DNA of 46,941 nt from assembly GCA_031401035.1 (NCBI GenBank), contig JANNRA010000116.1:1-46941 (forward strand), written 5' to 3'. A program made the translations under genes and the position numbers. The stretch's first letter is position 1. The number at the start of each line of letters is the position of its first letter. Below are positions 16,802 through 24,841 of the stretch, piece after piece. This stretch comes from a bacterium (GTDB lineage: Bacteria; Desulfobacterota; Binatia; HRBIN30; CADEER01). Below the pieces are notes generated by a model that was not told where the DNA came from, ran no database searches, and saw only the letters and a list, made by a program, of their open reading frames with translations.

Positions 16802-17344
16802 ATGGAGATGTTTGACGGCGTCGGTCGACGCCGCGATCAGAAGTCCGGACAACTGGTGAGCATCGGCGAGAACAGCCTCAACGGCAACGAGCGCGACTGC
16901 CTGTTCCGCAACAACCGCGACGGCACCTTCACCGACACCGCCTACGTCAATCGCGCCGATCGCGTCGAGGACGGACGCGGCGTCGCGCTGCTCGACTACA
17001 ACCTCGACGGCGCCATGGACATCGTCTTGCGCAACTACCGTCAACCGGCGCAGTTGCTGCGCAACGACGGCGGCGCCGGCCACTGGTTGCAGGTCCGGCT
17101 GGTCGGGACGCGCAGCAATCGCGACGCGGTCGGCGCCCGCGTCACGGTGCGCAGCGGCGGCGTGCAACAGACGCGCGAAGTGCATGCCGGCTCTGGCTAC
17201 CTGTCGGCCTCCTCGCTGGCGCAGCACTTCGGCCTCGGCGGCGCCACGCGCGTCGAGGCGGTCGAGGTGGCCTGGCCGTCCGGCAGCCGATCGCAACTCT
17301 CCGACGTCGGCGTCGATCAACGCCTGACGATCCGCGAGGAGTGA
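16802..17344 (+). CDS. CRTAC1/ASPIC family C-terminal (UnbV_ASPIC-like) domain, same frame as the upstream gene
   Basis: ATG immediately after the TGA and in frame; content (LFRNNRDGTFTD, then an ASPIC-like tail) is the expected continuation of the upstream protein. Confidence 0.6.
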   Translation: MEMFDGVGRRRDQKSGQLVSIGENSLNGNERDCLFRNNRDGTFTDTAYVNRADRVEDGRGVALLDYNLDGAMDIVLRNYRQPAQLLRNDGGAGHWLQVRLVGTRSNRDAVGARVTVRSGGVQQTREVHAGSGYLSASSLAQHFGLGGATRVEAVEVAWPSGSRSQLSDVGVDQRLTIREE

Positions 17345-17360
17345 GCGGCGCACGCGCCGC
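17345..17360. terminator. Short GC hairpin between convergent genes
   Basis: gcggcg cacg cgccgc, lying between the stops at 17344 (+) and 17369 (-). Confidence 0.35.
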
Positions 17361-17368
17361 GGCGCGCG

Positions 17369-18922
17369 TCATCGTGCCGATGGTCCGCTCGCCGTCCCGT
17401 CATAGTAGGCTTGGCACTTCGGCCAGAGGTGCGCCGCGACCGTGCGGCCCAGGCGCAGACCCGCGACGTTGTCGGCCTGGATGTGGTAGCCGCCCATGAC
17501 GCGCGAGATGCCGGCCATCTCCGCGACGACGCTGAAAGTCGGCAGTGGCAGCGTCACGCGGCAGCTCTCGGCAGCGGCGGCGGGCGCGCGCCCCCGCACC
17601 GCCTGTATCGCCTCGCAGGCATAGCCGCGTTCGGTTTCGGAGCCCGCCACGCGCACCTCTTCGTCGCCGAACTGGTCGCTGCCGGTGAAGCGTTCGAGGA
17701 TGGACGCGCAGGCGCCGCTGACGGCGCTGTGGCCGGAGACGTAGCCGGGGAACGGCGGCGTGATGAACGTGGCGGGAGAGTATGGCATCCACTGCGCGCC
17801 CGTGATCGGGCCGACGCCCTTGCCGGGTCCGAGCCAGCCGTCGATCGGCTGGTCGCGGTAGTAGTGGCGAACGAGGGTCCACGGGCGCGACGAATCGTAG
17901 TAGCGCTTGCTCTCCCAGGCGGCGATGAAGGCGTCCATGGCGGTGTTGGCGACGCAGAAGTACAGCTTCACGTCGCGATCCATGTCCAAGCGGTCGCGGC
18001 GCGAGACCGCCTGCGCGAAGCGCAGCCAGTGCCCCGATTGTCCGGTCGAGCGCGGGCCGTCGCGCATGAACTCGACGATCGCCCTCTGCTCGGGCGTGAG
18101 GGTGGCGTTGAAGCGGAGGCACTCGTCCACTTCCGCCTTGAGCTGCGCCGTGCCGACGCGCGGCGGTGGCGGCGGGCGGAACATGTCGGCGCGCTCCAGG
18201 CCGAAGGGTCGCACCCGGTACCAGAAGGGGGTGAGGAAGTTCGGCGTGACCGTACCGCCCGTGCCGTCGGCGAAGGCGATTGGCTGCCAGCGGTCCGCAT
18301 CGCGGATCTCCGAGACGGGGTTGAGCGGGGTGTAGAACGTGTAATCCGCGTACGCCTCGCCGTTGCCGCCGATCTCGTCGCCGAGTTGGTTGGCGCCGTC
18401 GTGGTGGCGGGCATCGAGCAGCGCCGCCGCGCAGCGGTTGCCGATGCCCTGCGGCGTGGCGGGGTCGGTGGAGCGGTCGTTGACGTCGTAGCCCCACGCG
18501 CCCATCAGCGCCGTGATGTGGGTCGTCGTGACCGGATGCTGGTCAACGATGGCGCGATACGCCGCGAAGGCCATCGCCTTGCGCTTGTTGTCCGGCGTGC
18601 GTTCGGCGGCGGGCCGGCGCAGGCTGCCGCCGAACACCGTGCCGACGGCCTTCTCGTCGTAGCAGGCCCAGGCGTCGAACATCGCGGTCGCGACGATCGC
18701 CATCTGCCGCGACAGAATGGTCGGCCGCGGGCTGATGCGGACGACGTCGTCGGCGGCGTCCTCGAGCATCGCATCGAGGATGCGGTAGGTCGCCGACGGC
18801 TCGGCGCCACCCCAGTCTCGCGTCTGGGCCACGGTCGGGGTCGCCAGGAGGACGCCGACGAGGAGCGCGAGCAGGGCGCGCGCGCGCGGTCTCGGCAGGC
18901 GCCGCGCGCGCCCCCGGCGCAT
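17369..18922 (-). CDS. Secreted PAP2-superfamily enzyme, vanadium-dependent haloperoxidase-like (alternatively an acid phosphatase)
   Basis: Tat/Sec-like signal MRRGRARRLPRPRARALLALLVGVLLATPTVAQT; PAP2 motifs K-RYYDSS-RP, PGYVSGH and SRVMGGYHIQAD with haloperoxidase-like long spacing. An alternative upstream start at 19009 (MATLAMT...) would overlap the upstream gene. Confidence 0.65.
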   Translation of the reverse strand: MRRGRARRLPRPRARALLALLVGVLLATPTVAQTRDWGGAEPSATYRILDAMLEDAADDVVRISPRPTILSRQMAIVATAMFDAWACYDEKAVGTVFGGSLRRPAAERTPDNKRKAMAFAAYRAIVDQHPVTTTHITALMGAWGYDVNDRSTDPATPQGIGNRCAAALLDARHHDGANQLGDEIGGNGEAYADYTFYTPLNPVSEIRDADRWQPIAFADGTGGTVTPNFLTPFWYRVRPFGLERADMFRPPPPPRVGTAQLKAEVDECLRFNATLTPEQRAIVEFMRDGPRSTGQSGHWLRFAQAVSRRDRLDMDRDVKLYFCVANTAMDAFIAAWESKRYYDSSRPWTLVRHYYRDQPIDGWLGPGKGVGPITGAQWMPYSPATFITPPFPGYVSGHSAVSGACASILERFTGSDQFGDEEVRVAGSETERGYACEAIQAVRGRAPAAAAESCRVTLPLPTFSVVAEMAGISRVMGGYHIQADNVAGLRLGRTVAAHLWPKCQAYYDGTASGPSAR

Positions 18923-18990
18923 CAGCGAGGCCGGATGCCCGCCCCGCACCGGGGTGTCATCGACGCGGCTGATCAGGCCGCCGCCGCCGG

Positions 18991-20364
18991 TCATCGCAAG
19001 AGTCGCCATAGCTGCCCCTTGATCTTGCGCGCGCGCAGCTTCTGCAACACCTGCACGTTGGTCTTGATGCCGAGGCCGGGCACGATCCAGTTCGAGTGGC
19101 TGCGCGCGTAAGCCTCGATGCGCTCGATGAGGTGATCCTCGAGGCCGGGCGAGATGTAGAACTTCGGATGCAGGAGGTTGTCGTCGGCATCGATCTGGCC
19201 GTCGGCCAGGGCGATATCGACCATGCCGGTGCCGGGCAGGATGCGGATGCCGGTCAGGGCGACGACCGCGGTGGGCTTGAGCTCGTCCATCAGCGCGATC
19301 GTCTCGGTCACCGTCTGCTCGGTTTCGCCGGGTCCGCCGAAGATGAGGCTGTGGCAGAAGCGCAGGCCGTGCGCGTGGCACAGCGCCGAGGTGCGACGCA
19401 GGTCGGCGACGTCGAACTGCTTGCGCAGCTGCGCGATCATCGCCGGGGCGCCCGAGTCGGTGCCGAACTCGATGGCGCGACAGCCGGCGCGCGCCATCAG
19501 CGCGCACAGCTCGGCGTCGACGAACTTCGGGTTCAGGTACGCCGACCATTCGACGTCGAGCTGACGCGCCGCGATCTCCTCGCAGATCTCCTTGGCGTGC
19601 CGCATCGGCTGGTTGAAGATGTTGTCGACGAAGAACCAGTGCCGCACGCCGTCGTTCTCGCGCGCCGCCTGCAGCTCGTCGACCACCGCCGTCGCGGTGC
19701 GCATGCGGACCTTGGCGCCCTCGATCAATGGGTAGCTGCAGAAGACGCACTCGAAGATGCAGCCGCGCTTGGTCTGGATGTTCAGCGCGCCGCCGCGCTC
19801 GTAGTAGCGTTGCAGGTCGAAGCTGCGCCGCAACGGCACGCCGGTGCTGTCGAGCTGCTTGATGCGCGTCACCGACGTCACGCACGTCCCGCCGTTGACC
19901 GCCTCGCAACGATACTCGTCGGTCGAGCGCAGCGGGTGCCCGGCGGCGAGCTGCGCCAGCACCCAGGGGAACGCCAGCTCGCCCTCGCCGACGACGCCGA
20001 CGTCGGCGTGCAGGTAGTCCATGATCGCGCCGGGCATGACCGTGAACCCGGCGCCGCCGAGGATCACCGGCGCATCGCTGTGCGCGCGCACCGCGTCGAC
20101 CAGCGCCTTGTAGTCGTCGATGTACGAGGTGTTCTGCGGGTAGGCGGACGAATCGAGATTGCGCAGCGAGATCCCCACCACGTCGGGGGCGAACGCCGCG
20201 AGCTGCGTCGAGAGGGTCGGCTCAAGCGCGCCGAGGAAGCAGAGGTCGAGCGTCTCGACCTCGTGCCCATGCTGTTCCGCCACCGCCGCCATGTACGCCG
20301 CGCCGATCGGAAACACCGGGTCCGGCAGCTGCTCGGTATTGGCGGAGATCAGCAGAACGCGCAT
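18991..20364 (-). CDS. B12-binding-domain radical SAM enzyme
   Basis: MRVLLISANTEQ B12-binding N-terminus and TKRGCIFECVFCSYP cluster; 457 aa. Confidence 0.8.
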   Translation of the reverse strand: MRVLLISANTEQLPDPVFPIGAAYMAAVAEQHGHEVETLDLCFLGALEPTLSTQLAAFAPDVVGISLRNLDSSAYPQNTSYIDDYKALVDAVRAHSDAPVILGGAGFTVMPGAIMDYLHADVGVVGEGELAFPWVLAQLAAGHPLRSTDEYRCEAVNGGTCVTSVTRIKQLDSTGVPLRRSFDLQRYYERGGALNIQTKRGCIFECVFCSYPLIEGAKVRMRTATAVVDELQAARENDGVRHWFFVDNIFNQPMRHAKEICEEIAARQLDVEWSAYLNPKFVDAELCALMARAGCRAIEFGTDSGAPAMIAQLRKQFDVADLRRTSALCHAHGLRFCHSLIFGGPGETEQTVTETIALMDELKPTAVVALTGIRILPGTGMVDIALADGQIDADDNLLHPKFYISPGLEDHLIERIEAYARSHSNWIVPGLGIKTNVQVLQKLRARKIKGQLWRLLR

Positions 20365-20440
20365 GGGGTGTCACGGCCGCCGAGAGCCGAGTGGCGACTA
20401 CCATGGGGACCGCGGCCCTGTCCAAGTCGCGCCGAGCGCT

Positions 20441-21793
20441 TCACGAGATCGTCGCCCAGGCATTCTCATTGGCGCGCAGGTAGCGGTTCACCTTCAGGTT
20501 GGCGACCAGGTAGGCGAGCGTCTCGAGATAGCTGCCGGCTGGCGGCGGCAGCAGGCGGCGGGCGATGGCGCGGGCCGAGTAGAAGCCTTCGTAGACCGCC
20601 TTGAAGCCGTCCATCATCTGCTCGCTGGTCATCTGCGCCGGGCGCAGCAGCGGGCTGCCGTAATCGTAGCGGCCCCAGTCGTGCGTGGTGATGCGGTCGG
20701 CCGCCAGCATGTCGTCGTAGAACTTCGTCCCCGGGTACGGGCAGGGCGTGAAGAGCTTCAGGAACGAGACCTTGTTGTCGATCAGGAACTGCAGCGAGCG
20801 GCCGAAGGTGTCGACGGTGTCGCCGTCGAGGCCGACCATCAGCAGGCCGATGACCTGAATCCCTTTGGCACGGATGGCGGCGAGGTCGCGGTCGAAGCGC
20901 TCCGGCTTGTTGAAGCTCTTGCGGATCGACGCCAGGCTGTCCGGATTGATGCTCTCCAGGCCGATCGAGAGGCTGACGCAGCCGCTGCGCGCCGCCAGGT
21001 CGAGCAGCTCGGGATCGCGCGCGATGTTGATGGTGCATTGACTGGCCCACTTGAGGCGCAGCGGGATCATGGCCCGGAAGAGCTCCTTCGCCGCCGCCGG
21101 ATTGCCGATCGGGTTGTCGTCGAGGAACAAAATACGGCGACCGCCGAGCGCCATGACGGCGCGCAGGTCGGCGAGCACCTCCTCGACCGGACGGGTGCGG
21201 AAGCCGCGCTCGTAGAACGTCTGCACGGCGCAGTACTCGCAGGGGTGCGGGCAGCCGCGCGAGAAGACCACCGGCCAGTGGAAGTACATGCGGTACAGCC
21301 AGCTGGTCTTGAAGGCGTCGTACTTGAGCAGCGGCAGCGTCGTGTAGTCGACGCGCGCCATGTCGCGCAGGTCGTGCCAGCGGGCGGCGCGGTAGATGCC
21401 GCGGCTGCGGCCGGCGGCGAGGTCGGCGAGCACCTCGGGCCAGACCAGCTCCGCCTCGCCGGCGACGACGGCGTCGGCGTGGCGCAACGAGGCCTCGGCG
21501 GTGAGCGTCACCCAGGTGCCGCCGAGGACGACCTTGAGGCCGCGGGCGCGGAAATGGTCGGCGAGCTCGAAGGCGCGGCGGATCTGCGGGCCCATGGCGG
21601 TGATGCCGACGACGTCGCCGTCGAAGTCGAGATCGACGTCGTGGAACAGCTCGTCGACCATCGTCACCTGGTGCGGCGGCGGCGTCAGCGCGCGCAGCGT
21701 CGCCAGCGTCAGCCCGCTGGTCCAGTAGCGCGTCGTGCGCTGCAGCCGGCCGGCGCCGTCGTAGTGCGTCGGCGAGATGAGAAGGATGCGCAC
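20441..21793 (-). CDS. B12-binding-domain radical SAM enzyme (paralog of the downstream gene)
   Basis: VRILLISPTHYD N-terminus and FSRGCPHPCEYC cluster. GTG start at 21793 chosen by analogy with the paralog; the track ORF extends to 21922 with Arg-rich junk. Confidence 0.7.
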   Translation of the reverse strand: MRILLISPTHYDGAGRLQRTTRYWTSGLTLATLRALTPPPHQVTMVDELFHDVDLDFDGDVVGITAMGPQIRRAFELADHFRARGLKVVLGGTWVTLTAEASLRHADAVVAGEAELVWPEVLADLAAGRSRGIYRAARWHDLRDMARVDYTTLPLLKYDAFKTSWLYRMYFHWPVVFSRGCPHPCEYCAVQTFYERGFRTRPVEEVLADLRAVMALGGRRILFLDDNPIGNPAAAKELFRAMIPLRLKWASQCTINIARDPELLDLAARSGCVSLSIGLESINPDSLASIRKSFNKPERFDRDLAAIRAKGIQVIGLLMVGLDGDTVDTFGRSLQFLIDNKVSFLKLFTPCPYPGTKFYDDMLAADRITTHDWGRYDYGSPLLRPAQMTSEQMMDGFKAVYEGFYSARAIARRLLPPPAGSYLETLAYLVANLKVNRYLRANENAWATIS

Positions 21794-21909
21794 GCCCCGC
21801 ACGTTGCGGGGCGCTCTCCGCGCAGTCAATGCCCCCGCGGCGCAGCCGGCGCGGCCGGCCGCCGGCCGGCTACCTTGCCCGGCGCGACGGCGGCGCGGTA
21901 CGGTCGCGC

Positions 21910-22644
21910 ATGTCCGTCCCACTCGACGCCGCCCTCCCGGCCGCCGCCGCGCCGACGCGGCTGCGGGTGGTCGTCAACCGCGTCATCTTCCGCGGCATGC
22001 TGTTCGGGGCCGGGCTGATCGCCATCGGGCTCTATCGTTTCAGCCGCCCCGCCGCCTGGCGTTTCGCCAAGCAGCAGGCGCGCCTGTTGATGCGTCTGTG
22101 CGGGGTGCGGGTGCGCGTGCGCGGCCTCGAGCAACTCGGTCCCGGGCCCTACATCTTCACCCCCAACCACCAGAGCCACTTCGACATCGCGGCGCTGCTC
22201 GGGAGGCTGCCCGGCGTCACCCGCTTCGCCGCCAAGCGCGAGATGTTCGCCGAGCCGATCCTCGGCGCCGTGCTGCGCACCATGGGCATGGTGCCGATCG
22301 ACCGCGACGATCCGACGGCGTCGATTGAGCGTCTGCAGCGCGTCACCCTCGACGGCGGCTCGCTGGTCATCTTTCCCGAGGGCACGCGCAGCCGCGACGG
22401 CGCCCTGCTGCCGTTCCGCAAGGGCGCCTTCGTCGCCGCGCTGCAGCTCGGCGTGCCGCTGGTGCCGGTGGTGTGCAAGGGCACGACTGCCGTCATGCCG
22501 AAGGGCAAGTACCTGTCGATCGTGCCCGGCGACGTGGAGATCTGCGTGCTGGCGCCGATTCCGACCGCCGGGCTCGGCTACGACGACCGCGACCGGTTGC
22601 GCGATCTGGTGCGCGCGCGCATCGCGGCCGAGCTGGCGGCGTGA
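21910..22644 (+). CDS. 1-acyl-sn-glycerol-3-phosphate acyltransferase (PlsC / LPLAT family)
   Basis: NHQSHFD (HX4D) and FPEGTRS motifs; start trimmed to the internal ATG MSVPLD; divergent from the radical SAM operon. Confidence 0.75.
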   Translation: MSVPLDAALPAAAAPTRLRVVVNRVIFRGMLFGAGLIAIGLYRFSRPAAWRFAKQQARLLMRLCGVRVRVRGLEQLGPGPYIFTPNHQSHFDIAALLGRLPGVTRFAAKREMFAEPILGAVLRTMGMVPIDRDDPTASIERLQRVTLDGGSLVIFPEGTRSRDGALLPFRKGAFVAALQLGVPLVPVVCKGTTAVMPKGKYLSIVPGDVEICVLAPIPTAGLGYDDRDRLRDLVRARIAAELAA

Positions 22645-22716
22645 GGGAGTCAGTCGGCGGCGGGGTCGTCTGCATCTTCGGGGTTGGCGCCATCGATCTC
22701 GTGAAGGAGGCAATGC

Positions 22717-24792
22717 ATGGATTTCACACTCACGTCCCTCAGCGATCTGCCGGTGTCCTGGTTGGTAGTCGCGATCCTTATCATCGTCGTCATGCTCTTG
22801 AGTGGATACAAATTGCTCCTGCGGATGCTCGGGGTTTACATCATCCCGAATGATCAGATCGGATTGGTAACCAAGAAATTCGTCTTGCTTGGTTCGCATC
22901 GCGAACTGCCGCCGGGAAAGATCGTTGCCCTGCAGGGCGAGGCCGGCATTCAAGCGGCGACCTTGGCGCCGGGGCTGCATATCGGACTCTGGCCGTGGCA
23001 GTACGAGGTGCGGACGGAACACCTCTTCGTCGTGCCTCCCGGGGAGATCGGCATCGTCGAGTCCTGCGACGGCAAGGCGCTCCCGGATGGGCGCATCATC
23101 GCCCGCCAGGTCGAGTGTGACAATTTCCAGGACGCCGCCGCATTCCTCGCGGGTGGCGGCGAGCGCGGGGCTCAAATGGGGGTCGTCCCGCCCGGATCGT
23201 GGCGCATCAACACCTTGGTGTTCACCGTGCAGCGCGCTGCGATGACCGTGATTCCTGCCGGCAAGGTCGGTGTCGTCGAGGCCCGTGACGGTCGCGCTCT
23301 CTCCGGTGGCCGTATCATCGGCAAACACGTTGCGTGCGATTCCTTCCAGGACGCGCACGCGTTCATGAACGCAGGGGGCGAGCGCGGACCGCAGATGGCG
23401 ATCATCCCGCAGGGGCAGTATCGGATCAATCCAATGCTGTTCGACGTGACCCTGGCGGACACCACGGACATTCCCGACAACAAGATTGGGATCGTCATGA
23501 CCCGCGAGGGTACCCCCCTGCCGACTGGTGAAATCGCCGGCGGTGAGATTCCCGGGCACAACATGTACCAGGACCCGATGGCCTTCGTGGAGCAGGGCGG
23601 GTTCAAGGGTCTGCAGGAACAAGTCCTCTTGGCGGGTCGCTACTTCATCAATCCGCGTTTCGCCACGGTCGAAGTGGTCGACATGACCGAGGTGTCGATT
23701 GCCTCGGTCGGTGTGGTGGTGGCGTTCATCGGCAGGGAGGGTAAGGACGTCACCGGCATCACCTTCCGGCACGGCAATCTCGTCACCAAGGGCGAGCGTG
23801 GTGTCTGGGTCAATGTGCTCGATCCGGGGAAGTATCCGATCAACCCATTTACCCACAAGGTGAAGGTGGTGCCGACGGCGAACGTCGTCCTCAACTGGGC
23901 CAATGGCAAGACCGAGGCCCACGAGCTCGATGCGAACCTGTCGACGATCACCGTCCGATCGGCGGACGGCTTCACGTTCAACCTCGACGTAAGTCAGATC
24001 ATCCACATTCCGGCGCCCGATGCCCCGAAGGTCATCGCGCGCTTCGGAAGCATGGAGGCCTTGGTCACCCAGGTCCTCGAGCCGACGATCGGTAACTACT
24101 TTCGCAACGCCGCCCAGGGGTCCGACGTCATCGATTTCCTGAAGCAGCGCTCGGAGCGGCAGGCGGACGCCGAGAGCGCGATCAAGGCGGCGTTGGCCGA
24201 GTACAACGTCGGCGCGGTCGCCACCTTGATCGGCGATATCGCGCCGCCCGCAGACCTGATGAAGACGCTGACCGATCGCAAACTCGCCGAGCAGGAGCAG
24301 GTCACCTACGAAACGCAACGTCAGGCGCAAACCGTCCGGCAGCAACTCGAGCAAGCGACGGCCCTCGCCGACACGCAGCCTCAGGTTGTCGCCGCCGAGC
24401 GCAAGGTCACCATCGCCGAGTTCGATGCGCGCGCGGCGGTCAACGCGGCCAATGGCCAGGCGCAGGCGAAGACCATCAACGCGGAAGCCGACGCCAAGGT
24501 GACGCGGCTCAACGGCGACGCCGAAGCCGGCAGAACCCTCGCCGTCGGCGGCGCCGAGGCGACCGTCATCAAGCAGAAGATCGATTCGATGGAGTCCGGC
24601 AACTACGCGGTCGTGCAGGTGGCCGAGGCGCTGGCCAAAGCCGGGGTCAAGCTGGTGCCCGACATCGTCGCGGGCGGGTCGTCGGGAGCGGGTGGCGGCA
24701 CATTGGTCGATGTCCTGCTCGCCAACCTGTTGCGCGACGGCATCCGGGGACGTGATGAGAAGGGGGCGACGACCGCGCCCTCGGTGAAGTAA
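22717..24792 (+). CDS. Flotillin-like SPFH/band-7 membrane protein (YqiK-like) with internal ~50-aa duplication and C-terminal coiled coil
   Basis: N-terminal TM helix; repeated GKALPDGRIIARQVECDNFQDAAAFLAGGGERGAQMGV / GRALSGGRIIGKHVACDSFQDAHAFMNAGGERGPQMAI; Ala/Gln/Glu-rich coiled-coil tail. GAAGGAGG RBS 8 nt upstream. Locally lower GC. Confidence 0.7.
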   Translation: MDFTLTSLSDLPVSWLVVAILIIVVMLLSGYKLLLRMLGVYIIPNDQIGLVTKKFVLLGSHRELPPGKIVALQGEAGIQAATLAPGLHIGLWPWQYEVRTEHLFVVPPGEIGIVESCDGKALPDGRIIARQVECDNFQDAAAFLAGGGERGAQMGVVPPGSWRINTLVFTVQRAAMTVIPAGKVGVVEARDGRALSGGRIIGKHVACDSFQDAHAFMNAGGERGPQMAIIPQGQYRINPMLFDVTLADTTDIPDNKIGIVMTREGTPLPTGEIAGGEIPGHNMYQDPMAFVEQGGFKGLQEQVLLAGRYFINPRFATVEVVDMTEVSIASVGVVVAFIGREGKDVTGITFRHGNLVTKGERGVWVNVLDPGKYPINPFTHKVKVVPTANVVLNWANGKTEAHELDANLSTITVRSADGFTFNLDVSQIIHIPAPDAPKVIARFGSMEALVTQVLEPTIGNYFRNAAQGSDVIDFLKQRSERQADAESAIKAALAEYNVGAVATLIGDIAPPADLMKTLTDRKLAEQEQVTYETQRQAQTVRQQLEQATALADTQPQVVAAERKVTIAEFDARAAVNAANGQAQAKTINAEADAKVTRLNGDAEAGRTLAVGGAEATVIKQKIDSMESGNYAVVQVAEALAKAGVKLVPDIVAGGSSGAGGGTLVDVLLANLLRDGIRGRDEKGATTAPSVK

Positions 24793-24841
24793 CCTCGAGG
24801 CGGGCCCCGGTGGAACGCTGCTCCGTGCTGGCGCGGTTGCC

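Noticed and set aside
17369-19909. 846-aa minus ORF and the overlapping 566-aa plus ORF 17411..19111
   Set aside because: The long minus ORF runs through the upstream rSAM gene in another frame. The PAP2 gene was trimmed to the signal-peptide ATG at 18922. The plus-strand ORF is an antisense GC artefact of that gene.
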